From Eledone cirrhosa (lineage: Eukaryota), in the NCBI GenBank assembly GCA_964016885.1, contig OZ024740.1, forward strand, positions 31,868,001 to 31,932,000: 64,000 nucleotides of DNA. Direction: 5' to 3'. Positions 52,268 to 64,000 of the stretch are shown piece by piece. Position 1 is the stretch's first letter, and each line of letters starts with the position of its first letter. Made by a program: the position numbers and the translations under genes. The notes beneath the pieces are model-generated. The model made no database searches, was not told where the DNA came from, and saw only the letters and a list, made by a program, of their open reading frames with translations.

Positions 52268-54121
52268 CTGAAAAGATGAGAAAAAACAGAAAGAATTGAA
52301 GTGTTCAAATTCAGTTAAAATACTTATTGATCCATCCCATGCACTAATGCAATAAATAGAACTAACTGCTTGGCCTTTTGTGCCTAGAGATATCTACTAA
52401 TGGGTGGGGAGGGCAACCCTATTAACTTCAAGGATTGGGAGGAAAAAGAGTCATGATGGTAATACCTTTCCCAAAGACTATATCAGAATAAGTGGTTGTC
52501 AGTACAACTGAGTGGGAATAGTTCACAATCATAAGGTCTCAGGTTCAGTCCCATCGTGTAGCATCTTGGGCAAGTATCCATACCATGGCCTCATGTCTAC
52601 CCAAGCCTTGTGGGTGAAATTAGCCAGATAAAAACTGTGTGAATGTATTGTACCTGTAATTCAACAAAACGGGCTCAGTCCATCCCTTAAGGTGGTTGTG
52701 CTGGTACCACAACAAAAAGCACCCAGTTTACCCTGTAAAGTGGTAGTGGAGGTGACATGAAAAAAGCTCCCAAACTATTATGTAATATAGTTGGGATAAG
52801 GAAGCACATCCAGCTGTAGAAAAGTAAGCCAAAAACAGACCTGTATGAGCAAGATGTGGTCACCTAGTTGACTAGCCTTGTAACATGATAGCTCATCTAA
52901 CCTATGCTAGCATGAAAAATTGACATCATGATGATGATGATATTTTTCATGGCCACAAGGTTAAAAGATCTTGGAACAGTGGCCATATAAAGATGAGTTT
53001 AATATTTATTGGAGCAACAACTCTCTTTGTCAACCTAGCTAACAAGTGACATAGTACAAGCAGCTTAGGCAGGGATGGTCATTCTGTGGAAGGGCATGTT
53101 CAATGTGACACACAAAAGCAATTTATTGGCAATGCAGGTAATATCATTTTTGTTTCTTGAGTGATATTTTTTTAAAATCTGTAAATTTTAATTTATCAGC
53201 TGTTACCTTGGGCATAGATGCATAACCACAGTCATACACTGCTTTAAAATAAGGAGCAGAGCGAACAGCATATAAAACTTTGTTAGCAACAGATGGTCAA
53301 AATGGATAGTATGCATATTACTTTGATCTCTCAGTTTTCTAGTTTTGTCAATGATTAATACTCTCATCAAAGACACTAAATAGACTTCTTTAGGAATACT
53401 TTGAAGCATTTTGTTCTCATCATCATCATCTTATGTCTGCTTTCCACACTAGTATGATTCAGATGGGCTGCCACAGCAAGGACCAGATGAGTTGGAGTGA
53501 CCAATTTTGCTGGTTTTACTCTATACTTGCCATAGTTTCTGTGGCTGGATGTCCTTCCTAATGCCAACTATCTTACAGGGTATATAGGGTGTGTTTTTCC
53601 TGGCAGCAGCACTTTACAGAATGAACTGGGTGCATTTTATCATGGCACAAGCACTAGAGCGAGATTGTCATATGCTAGGCCTGACTGGAGTCCTCTTAAA
53701 GCCCATATTGTCTCTGTTCAAACACTATAGCCCCCAATCTACCACCACATTTACTTTACTAACACAATGCTTGTACTGTTAAACAGGTATTTTAAATTAT
53801 AGCATATTACCATAAAATAATTTGTAAAATACAAATATAATAAGAAAGATAATCAGCTGTTCAAATATTTCCATAGGCATGTAAAGGAATTTTTCTAGAA
53901 GATTGTTCCTAATGAGGACACATGCTCTTAAAAAGGTTCACCATCTCTAATTACTAGTACAATATCAATCAACTGAGTTCCCGTCATTGGGGTGCCACTC
54001 TAAATATCTGACTGTCTGTTTATCATGGCATTTCAGTGAACTTTAGAAATGTTTTGTCGTCCCTCATTAAGTTTAGTACAATATACAAATATCCTAATTT
54101 GTAAAAGCCAATTCTAACATA

Positions 54122-55004
54122 TATCATCATCATCATTTTATGTCCACTTTTCCCTGCTTGCAAGAGTGGGATAGGTCCTATTCAACACAGCATCTCTCTA
54201 CTTGTCATGGTCCTTCGTCATCTCCTCGGTGAGTTTCAGCGATCTGAGGTCTGCTCTCATCACCTCCGCCCATGTTATACGTGGTCTACCTCTACTGTGT
54301 CTTCCTTCAACTGGCATTTCTTGGCATTTCTTTACCCAGTGGTCATCCTCCATGCGCTTCACATGTCCATACCATCTCAGTCTTCTCTCCCGCACACAAC
54401 TTATCCCTCTTATACCCAGTTTCTCTCTCAACTCATCTATGCTTGGTCGTTCACGCACATTGACATTGCACATCCAACGGAGCATGCTTGCTTCATTTCT
54501 CTCCAGCCGTCGCATATCCTCTGTAGTTGCTGCCCATGTTTCACTACCATGCAGCATCACACATCTCACACAGGCATCATATAACCGGCCTTTCATACGA
54601 AGGGAGAAACCCTTCTTTGTCAACAGGGAAGCAGCTCCCTAAACTTCTTCCAACCCGTCCTTATTCTAGATACTATGGCCTCGGAACACCTCCCTCCCAT
54701 GCTAATCTCTTGCCAATGTTCTGCAACAGGAAGATCAGAGACGTGTTCCGCATTGCAAGGCAGTGTGTCAGTGTAAATCAGGATGTTGTTGGAGATAAGT
54801 GTGTCCGGAATGATGCTGGTGTACTTAGCGTCATGAATAATCAGAAAAAGGAGGCCTGGAAATGTCATTATGAGAGACTGATGAATGTGGAGAACAAATG
54901 AGAGAGAGAGAAATTACCCCCAGTAGATCCGACAGAGGGACCAGCTATTAAGATTGATGAATATAGGGTCCAAGAGGCAATTAAGGAAATGAAAAATGGA
55001 AGCT
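54122..55004 (-). mobile_element. RTE family B copy with 5' inversion and TSD
   Basis: Minus 3' part to ~54710; plus upstream part ~54712-55004; TSD AATTCTAACATA at 54110-54121 and 55005-55016. Confidence 0.92.
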
Positions 55005-55136
55005 AATTCTAACATAAATAATTGAATGCAAAACTGTAAAAGAGTACTAATAGGTAAAAATATATAAGCAACATATTTAAAAGCTGAGTTGTTATGTTAG
55101 AGGTGCTGTATTGTTTCATATGTATATAAATAATAC

Positions 55137-55470
55137 ATCATCATCATCATCATCATCATCATTTTACGTCCGCTTTTCCCTGCTTGCAAGGGTGGGACGG
55201 GAACTGATTCTGGCTTGATTTTTACAGCTGGATGCCCTTCCTAACACCAACCTCATTTACAGTGTGGGCTGGGTGCTTTTTTGCCATGGTACCTCCACAA
55301 CCACTTTGTAATGGAATGATATGGACCCCATTTCTACAGCTGAGTAAACTGGAGCAATGTGAAATAAAGTGTCTTGCTCAAGGAAACAACACATCACCCG
55401 GTCTGAGAATTGAATTCACAACCTTTCGATTGCAAAGCCAATGCTCTAACCACTAAGCCATGAGCCTCCT
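55137..55470 (-). mobile_element. RTE-tailed CORE SINE
   Basis: Reverse complement of 61101-61448 with a small internal deletion. Confidence 0.9.
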
Positions 55471-55534
55471 AAGCCATATGAAGACATAATAAAAGACAAG
55501 TTCATTAAAAATAAAATGACATGAATTTACTTAC

Positions 55535-55636
55535 CTGACAAGTAAGTTTTATTGGGTTGGCAAAATCATCATGACAAATTGGACAAGAATGCCCTGCACT
55601 GCTAACTTCTTCTGATGTAGGTTTCGTGCCTAAATT
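55535..55636 (-). CDS. RNFT: RNFT1/RNFT2-like exon (first half of RING)
   Basis: attag/gtaagt; NLGTKPTSEEVSSAGHSCPICHDDFANPIKLTCQ; phase 0, joins HIFCEDC. Confidence 0.92.
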
Positions 55637-55726
55637 CTAATTTTAGAATTTCATGGAAAATATAACAATATTTAAGATTTTAAGATATAAAAAAATATTT
55701 TTGTGTCTTTTTAAACATGTTTTTAA

Positions 55727-55974
55727 CCCTTTCATTACCATATTTTGAATAAAATACACAGCCTCTGACTTTCAAATTATTTTGAAATTAATCAAGAATT
55801 TGGAACTTTCTCATTATTAAGCTAGTGTTTGGAACATAATGTAAAAATGGCTTTTACAAATAAAATTATGATGGAAGGTTTTGGGGTTTTTTTTTAATAA
55901 ATATAAACACTTTCAATAAACAGCATTGTATCATAGAACCAGGGGTAATCTCAAGAAGTTTAGTATCAAAAGGG
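55727..55974. mobile_element. piggyBac-type MITE, family P2
   Basis: TTAA-CCCTTTCATTAC...GTATCAAAAGGG-TTAA. Confidence 0.7.
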
Positions 55975-56829
55975 TTAACATCTGGTGCAACTAAACAGTT
56001 GACGATATGTTTTTAATATCATACACATCAAAACTGCTAACAATTTTATGATTTTTAAATTATATTTCACAAAACAAAATCCATAAAAGACAAAAAGGAA
56101 AAATGGTCAAAGCCAACTTTGGAAGAAAGCAGATAAGTTTTTCTTTTTTCTTTTTTTCATCCAGAAATAGAGCAGAGACATGCTAGGTTAGCCTTGGAAG
56201 GAACTCAATATGTCAGCTAAATCAACAATCTGATAACCACCTTAATAGTTAGTTTTATCAAAGGGGACTGAAAACTGAAGTGGGTCCTATGTACTGAAGA
56301 GCTGACTACTCAGTTACTGCAGCTGTTATATCGTAAAGATACAGTAGCTAAGTGGGGTATACAAATATAGAAATACTATCAATGATATCTAATGTTGGTT
56401 CATGTTACAAATTTGTAAGGAAGTGTGCAATTAATGAATCTATACCAGAGCATATATTCCAATCAATTCATTGATCTTAGAGGGACCAATAGTTCACCCT
56501 AGAGGGATTTGGACTTGGAAAATTAAATATTGATTTCTAATTTCGGCACAAGGTCAACAAATTTGAGAAAAAAACAATGATGACCTTGGAAAGATTTGAA
56601 CTCATGTAAAGAGTCAGAACAAATACTGCAATACCATTTTATCCAGCGCTCTACCAATTCTGCCAATCCACCAGCCTTTATGTAACTAAATATTGCAAGG
56701 CAATTTGTTCCATTTTGTATCATTTCTGTCACAACATCTATAATATAATAAAGAGAGGAGTGCGGGACAGCGTCCATTTTATATTTTTTTTATCCCATTA
56801 GTAAAATAAGTTGGCCTACTTTGAATAAA

Positions 56830-58080
56830 TAATTGTTTCTACTATTGACACAAGGCCAGCAATTACTCAGTACATTACTGGTACTTTATTTTATTGACCC
56901 CATAAGGATGAAAGGCAAAGTTAACCTCGGCGGGATTTGAATGGCAAGTGCCGTAACTCTATGCATCAAAGCATGGCGTCCGACCCTCTATCGATACTGC
57001 CAATTAATGAATGAATATTATGTAATTTATCTACTAAATTTCGTAGCTCTTGATTAAATATAAATATTCTTATATATGTATTGCTTATTTTAACATTCAC
57101 TTCTTTAAAATTTTGAAATTTCAACACTTCCAGTTAGCATCCGTTATATCATAACACTTATTACATCGCTTATATAAATGTTCATATATTTGCATCGTTA
57201 TATAAGGTTTATATTTACGTCACTAAGTTTCTCCTTTTTCATTTTCATAACATTTTAGTTTATTATATATGCAGTTTATTTATAATATCATCTTTTTTTA
57301 ATGTATCATGGATTACTTTATTGATTACAGAAGAGAGTGTAACGCAGACTTCGTTCAATTTCTGTGTATATTGTCAATTACAATTTTATTTGATGTATCA
57401 TATCTACATCCATACATACTTGTGTATAATATCAATATGCACACTACACATGCTAGCAGAAAACCACCCGAAGAGTACTTTTTCTGCTAGTTGTTTTAAT
57501 AATTGTTTCTATTTTAGGCACAAGGCCAGCAATTTGAAGGGGAAGGGAAAGTCGAATAAATGGACCCCAGTGCATTAATAATAATAATTGTTTCTACATT
57601 CAGCACAAGGTTAGCAATTTGAAGGGAAGAGGAAAATCAATTAAATTGACCCCAATGCATTACCAGTATTTTATTTTATTGACCCCATAAGGATGAAAGG
57701 TAAAGTTAACCTTGGCAGGATTGCAAAAATTATAAATTAGTACAGTAGGGGGATAGTTGACAGAATCAACCTCAGCATATGTGTAGTACTTATTTTATCA
57801 CCTCTAGAGTGATGCAAGACATTCTAGTGCAATTTAAAATCAAAATGCAAAATAATCAAACTAAATACTAAAGTTTTAATCTGGCATTCAACTATTGACT
57901 CAATTCCCTTATAATATATATTTCTAATTTAGGCACAAGGCCAGTAATTTGGGGAAGGGAAAAGTCAATTATATCAACCCAGTACTTGACTGGCACTTTA
58001 TTTTATCAAACCTGGAAGGATGATAGTTAAAGTTGATCTCAGCAGGAGTTGAACTCTGAATGTAGAAAGTCATAACTAAA
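56830..58080 (-). mobile_element. Cluster of family B SINE copies (about 56830-57005, 57500-57575, 57585-57720, 57920-58080)
   Basis: Repeated GGCACAAGGCCAGCAATT...GACCCC...AAGGATGAAAGG...AAAGTT motifs. Confidence 0.75.
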
Positions 58081-58083
58081 TGC

Positions 58084-58278
58084 TGTGAAAAGGGTTCATA
58101 GGCTGACTATGAAGAAGTGATGCTAAAGCTGTGAAATTTTGCATGCATTCGTTTCAAGTCTTCTTATTAATAACTGCATTATTTCTTTCCAAGGACTATG
58201 TTGAAAAATAAACCTCATTTGGTCATTCCATGAGGGTATCTTAGTCAGCCTATGAACTTTTCAGTTAACCCTCTTATA
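58084..58278. mobile_element. mariner-type MITE
   Basis: Inverted repeats GTTCATAGGCTGACTA / TAGTCAGCCTATGAAC; right end followed by TA. Confidence 0.7.
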
Positions 58279-59059
58279 TATATAAACAAGAAAATTAAAA
58301 TGACATATTGATTTTTAATACTCGATGGTTGTTTTTAATTAAACTGAAGAATTACCATGGGGTGGGTTAGTGGGGCATGAAATTCAATATTAATTGGAGC
58401 AGTTGGTATAATAAAGAAGGACATGAATAAATACCATACCAGGACTCACAACTTGACACAGTAAAAATACTAGCCCTGCTAAACACAGCCTACATCTTAT
58501 GTTAGACACTATCATTTCAATAGCACAACTCAAAAAGTACACTCAGCACAACAAATATTTTCTACAATCACCACCCAATAAAATAACACAAACAACACAT
58601 ATTCTATACAATCGCAAGCAATAAAATAACACAACACACATCCTATACAATCATAGCCAATTACGATATATCATTTCCTCATGTTGGCATGGGATAGATC
58701 AGACTTTTTGAGGTAATGTCTTACAGATGGATACCAAATCTTCTAGTCAATTATCACTCATAAACAAAATCCTACCCACACAGACCATACGGTACATATC
58801 TAGATACACAATTGATATGGAAATATATATACACTAAAACATATAACCTGGTTTTCACAGTTTGGTGCCTTTCCTATCACTGAAGACTTTACAATATGGA
58901 TCGGGTGTATTTTATCATCCCATAACAAAACAAAATAGATGCACTGTATAAACACAATCTAACACCTCTAAAAACAATGCTATATAAACGCCCCAGGAAC
59001 ACAGAGGTAGACATGGTAATGCAGCAAAAACTCATATGAAACTGTTTAAAATATGACGA

Positions 59060-59510
59060 TAATAATAACTGCTTCTAACACAGGCACAAGGTAAGAAATT
59101 TAGGGGTAGGGGAACAGTCGAATATATCAACCACAGTACTGGACTGCCACTTATTTTATTGACCCCAGAAGGGTGAAAGGCAAAGTGAACCTTAACAGGA
59201 TTTGAACTCAGAAGTAAAGAGCCAGAACAAATACTGTAAGGTACTTTGTCTGACACTTTAATAATTCTGTAATGATATTAATAATAATAAAGATGGTGGA
59301 TTAGTAGAATTGGTAGAACATCTGATATAATGTTGTTGTATTTGTTCTGTTTCTTTACATTTTGAGTTCAAATCCTGCCAAGGCTAACTTTACTTTTCAG
59401 TCTTCCAGGGTCAAAAAAATAAAGTACCAGTCAAATGCTGGGAGCTAATTTAATCGACTTTGCCCTTCCCCCAAAATTTGTTGGTCTTGTGCCTAAATTA
59501 GAAATCAATA
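59060..59510. mobile_element. Head-to-head pair of family B SINEs (minus ~59060-59270, plus ~59290-59510)
   Basis: Second copy is the diverged reverse complement of the first. Confidence 0.8.
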
Positions 59511-59563
59511 TTAATAATACTACTCAAGAAAAAAACAAGAATATTAAAAAAAATAAAACTCAC

Positions 59564-59629
59564 CATATCACTGTTAATTTTCTTACAAGCCTTCCATAAA
59601 TCAAATGAATGTATGTACACCAAATTCAT
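59564..59629 (-). CDS. RNFT: RNFT1/RNFT2-like exon upstream of the RING
   Basis: ttttgacag/gtgagt; 66 nt, phase 0; MNLVYIHSFDLWKACKKINSDM. Confidence 0.8.
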
Positions 59630-59779
59630 CTGTCAAAAGAAATAATGATTTATCTTAGAATTATAGAAGACACTTTTCTTTTCTAAAGACATTAGTAATA
59701 TAGGTGAATAATTTTGAACTAGGTAATAAAACTTGGTTGTAGACCTAGTTTCTATTGAATTCTAACGGGATGAGTTGAT

Positions 59780-60260
59780 AAAAGATGATGACACAAGACC
59801 GAGATCTCTGGCGCTATAGAGTAATACAGAAGACCTGCCTTACCACAGGCACAGGCTGAAGCTGAAGCATATATATAGTATGCACCACCCCACTCTACCC
59901 TCCCATGAGGACTGGCTGAAGCATACATCCAGTGAAGCCTCCAGCCCACCCTGTAAAGTGGTTGTGATGGCGACACAACAAAAAAGTGCCCAGCCCACAC
60001 TGTACAGTGGACATGACACAGCAAAAAGTACCCAACCCACACTGTAAAGTGGTCGTGTAGGTGTCACAACGAAAAGCACCCAGTACTCACTGTAAATGAG
60101 GTTGTGTTAGGGAGGTTGCTGTAGAAATCAAGCCAAAATCAGTTCCGTATGAGCAAGACACGGTCACCTGACCTGGCACTGCCCACAACAGGACAACTCA
60201 TTCTAAACTAATTTGGCATGGAAAAATGGACATCAAACGGTGATGGTGATGGTGATGACA
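59780..60260 (+). mobile_element. RTE family C 3' end
   Basis: RDLWRYRVIQKTCL then a 3'UTR matching 16096-16440 (reverse), with tandem ~45-bp units. Confidence 0.8.
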
Positions 60261-61100
60261 CAAGGCCACACATTTTGGAGTAAGACTATAGTGAATTATA
60301 TCAACCCAGTACTTGACTGGTAGTAATTTCATCAACCCCAAAAGAATAAGCAGCAAAGTTGACCTGAAAGGATTTGAACTCAGAAGTTAAAGAGCCATAG
60401 TTAAACACCACAAGGTGTTTGACTGACAATCTACTGCCTAATTACAATTATATTTACAACCACCATCACCCTACTGTCTTAAAAAAAGGGAAGAACACAG
60501 TAGATAATATAATCTCTAGATATACTATGCATGAAAATAAGAAGGGTGGCCATGACTGAAATAATTTTGTTTATTCATCTGCTCAATCAGAGCTGATCTG
60601 GAACTAAATAAACTACTATTATTACTACAACCACCACCATTGCTGCTGCTACAACAGCCACTGCTGCTGCTGCTTTACCCATCTTCACTGCTATCATCAT
60701 TATCCTTACCATTAAACTCAAAAGGGGTGAATAAACTTCCAGTTTGTAGTTTGGAATTTGATACTTTATTACTAAGGTCACTCTAATAATAGCTTTGATG
60801 ATCTAATTTCTAGTAATAAAATATTTCAAATGAGGATATCTTCAAATCTAGCAACTGATAATAATTTATGATTAAATCTCAATTGGATTGCTTTAGATTT
60901 GAACTACATACATCATCATCATAGTTTTTATGTCCAGTTTCCATAATGACATGGGTTGAACAGTCTGAGACCAGATGGGTCGGAGCGACCTGAACTTGCT
61001 CATATATTCCATATTTTGGCAGGTTTTCTCTTCTTAACACTCAATGCCCAGGCCTTACTGCCATGCAACATTGCAGTTTAAACATATGCATCATATAATA

Positions 61101-61448
61101 TGGAGGCACATGGCTTAGTGGTTAGAGCATTGGCCTTGCAATCGAAAGGTTGTGAGTTCAATTCTCAGACAGGGTGATGTGTTGTTTCCTTGAGCAAGAC
61201 ACTTTATTTCACATTGCTCCAGTTTACTCAGCTGTAGAAATGAGATGATAGGGACTGGGGTCCCTATCATTCCACTGCAAAGTGGTCGTGGAGGTGCCAC
61301 GGCAAAAAAGCACCCAGCACTCACTGTAAATGAGGTTGGTGTTAGGAAGGGCATCCAGCTGTAGAAATCAAACCAGAATCAGTTCCCGTCCCACCCTTGC
61401 AAGCAGGGAAAAAGCGGACGTAAAATGAAATGATGATGAAAATGATGA
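61101..61448 (+). mobile_element. tRNA-derived CORE-type SINE with RTE-like tail, full length
   Basis: A box TGGCTTAGTGG, anticodon-like loop CTTGCAA, B box GAGTTCAATTC, CORE-like centre, tail shared with RTE 3'UTRs, (ATG)n end. Confidence 0.93.
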
Positions 61449-63814
61449 ATATACGCTTCACTTGAGAGAAGCCTTTTGTTGCTAGCAGAGGTAACAGCTC
61501 ACTAGACTGTTCCATCTTGTTCTTACTCTGGTATATCTGTTTTCACTGCTAATGATGCCACCCAGATAACAGAAGCTTTCTACCACTTCCAGTGAACCTG
61601 CTTAACATTGGAGAGAGTACCCTTACAATTGACTACACCTGTGCCTCTTCCACATACAAAGTCTATCGAAAAAGTTGGAGGGATTTACTAAAATTATTAA
61701 TTATTTTGTTATTATGATGGCATTTATAACACAATGTAACAAATTGTTTCTATATAATAAGATAGAAGATTTTAATTTAAATAGGAACCCTTTAAAACAG
61801 AATGGTATGTTTCATAGAACAAGAGGTGGGTTGGGGCAGGTAAGTGCCAATTTAATATAGTTGAATATAAAAAGTATATGATTTCTAATTCGTGACAACC
61901 TCTCCAGTGTTGGTGCCATGATAAAATGCACTCAGTACACTCTGTAAAGTGATTGGCAATTGAACTGAGACAATGTAGGGTCAAATGGACCCTTTAAGAC
62001 CTGCTGAAGACATGATAACCTTTCCAGTGCTGTTACCATGATAAAATGTAACCAGTACAGTATAAGGTGGTTGGTGTTGGAAAGAGCATACAACCATAGA
62101 AACCATGCCAAATATGGAGCATATGAGCAAGACATGGTCTTCCTACCTATTTAAGAGGACAGTAACTCAAAATAAGAACTGTTCAACCCATAACAACATG
62201 GAAAGCAGATGTAAAAATGGTGATAACAATGATGATTGTGGTGGTGGTGGTGGTGATGATGGTGGTAATATCAAAATGATAATTTGATGCATGAAATTCA
62301 ATTCAATAAATGGCAAATATATTGATGTTAGATAGGCACAGTTTTTCTACAAAACAAGGGGGAGGTGGGGGTGAAAACAGTACTGATTTTTAATCAAGGC
62401 ATTTTGAAGTAGGTATCCTGAAATACTCAATTTCTGCCACAAATGTCAGAGATACATTAACAAATAACAGAACTTTAACCAACTGATGAAATATTTGAAG
62501 TGTATAGTGGTTTCACTGCTGAATATTTAATAAATTATTGATTTATGTCATACACTTGATCATTCAATAACATTTATGACTAAAAATAACAGTGAGTTGG
62601 CAGAAGTGTTTAGGCATCTAACTACAAGCTTTACAAGATTTTGTTTTGCCTTCCTACAAAAAGAGTCAAAAGGAGTCTTTAGTTATGTCAGAGAAATGAC
62701 AAACTCCCTAGTGTCAGTGATCTATATGATAATCACATCTAATACACTAGTGGTCAGTGATATGAAGGGCATCCAGCCATAGAAAACCTGCCAAACAAAG
62801 GATCAGGAGAATTCTTCTGCTGTGTCAATGACAACTTCCCGAGTGCTAGTGTCACAATAAAATGCACTCAGTAGAGTATGGGATCCTATGTTGAGTCTGA
62901 CTCATCTGGAGGTCAGTGGCTCCACTTGAGGACTGACCTGTCTAAGATGACACAGGCAAAGATGATGATTTGTATATTTTGAATTCAAATCCTACTAGAG
63001 TCAACCTTCCTTGTCAATAGTAGTAGATAGTAGAGAGACAGGCTGAATGCTTTACTATATATAGTGTTCATGTCAGAATCTACCTTGCCTTCCATTCATC
63101 ACTTAAATGGCAGGGTTTAGTGGATTAAATATACAAACATTAGCATTATCAAAAGAAATTAATATTTATGACAAATGGTTTTCAATATATTTTACATGGT
63201 GACGAGAATCTCAAAACAAGGGAGAAGTTAATTAAAAAAGTTTAGAATGAAAAGGCTCAGAATAAAACTTTGTTGATAAGCGATTTTTCTGAACTTATAA
63301 ATGCAACTAGGTAACAGTACATTATGCTTATAAAATGAATAAATAAGGATTGGGTATTGCATATACTGGATGACCAGACCTTATAAATATGATAATCTTT
63401 AAACTCATTACAAAATGTTACAAAGTTTATGCATGCCTAATACACTCTGTAAAGTGGTTGGCATTAGAAAATGCATCTCATGCTAAAAAGGGTAGAGAAG
63501 ATTCTTCAGTCATATCAAGACATGAAAACCTGCCTAGTGCAGGTGCCATAATAATTTGCATCCAGTGAACTTTGTAAAGTGGTTGATATTAGGACAGACA
63601 TCTAGTTGTAGAAACCATGCAAAAAAATGGAAAAACAGACATAAAATAATGATGATGATGATGATGATGACGACACATTTTTATTGCTATTGACAAGCAG
63701 TGTCACAGTAAAGAAAATATGGTGAGAGGTGGAAGATGACATGGAGTGGAGAGGTCCCTTAGCCAGCAGTGGATCATATGACCTTTGGCACAAAGGAACA
63801 AGCCAAGATTTTGC

Positions 63815-64000
63815 CTTGCTTCCCTGGACATGGATACATTGAAGCTCTGACGTCTGGCAACTGACTTGGTAAACACCCACAAAATTATTAACCATTTTGC
63901 CAACAACAACTTTGAGTACCTTTTTGATTTCCATGTGTCTGACACACGTGGGCATGCCAACAAAGTCAGAAAACAGCACAGCTCCCATGACTTTCAGAAA
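63815..64000 (+). mobile_element. CR1-like LINE 3' fragment
   Basis: MDTLKL*RLATDLVNTHKII...LF...TRGHANKVRK matches the CR1 C-terminal pattern. Confidence 0.7.

Noticed and set aside
53203-53409. Extra hydrophobic RNFT exon
   Set aside because: Exons 55535-55636 and 52136-52267 already join into a complete RING, and an insertion would break it
57450-57492. Terminator-like hairpin CTAGCAGAAAA...TTTTCTGCTAG
   Set aside because: Single short hairpin in a eukaryotic intron with no supporting context
61101-61175. tRNA-Ala gene
   Set aside because: It is a SINE head: no closed acceptor stem, and it continues into CORE and tail in many copies

Overview
Eukaryotic, AT-rich, repeat-dense genomic window; the SINE families and (TA)n/(CA)n content suggest an octopus or related cephalopod (inference). 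Two spliced host genes converge tail-to-tail. On + are the last seven coding exons of an LRRK2-like gene (C-terminal WD40 domain, 11636-26445). On - are the last three coding exons of an RNFT1/2-like RING-finger transmembrane gene (59629-52136). The rest is mobile DNA: several RTE-clade LINE families (one nearly full-length 3 kb ORF with a PHD-type zinc finger inside the RT region; two copies with 5' inversions), CR1-like LINE pieces, an internally deleted Helitron, piggyBac- and mariner-type MITEs, tRNA-derived SINEs (one head/CORE module carrying two different tails), and Penelope-like remnants. The most unusual signal is a set of non-coding fold-back elements containing hammerhead-ribozyme-like folds, including a recurring variant core (CAGAAGA instead of CUGANGA) that keeps helices I and III in three copies. 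The many YIYI/VCVC ORFs in the track are microsatellite artefacts. All assignments were made by eye; no searches or folding programs were run.
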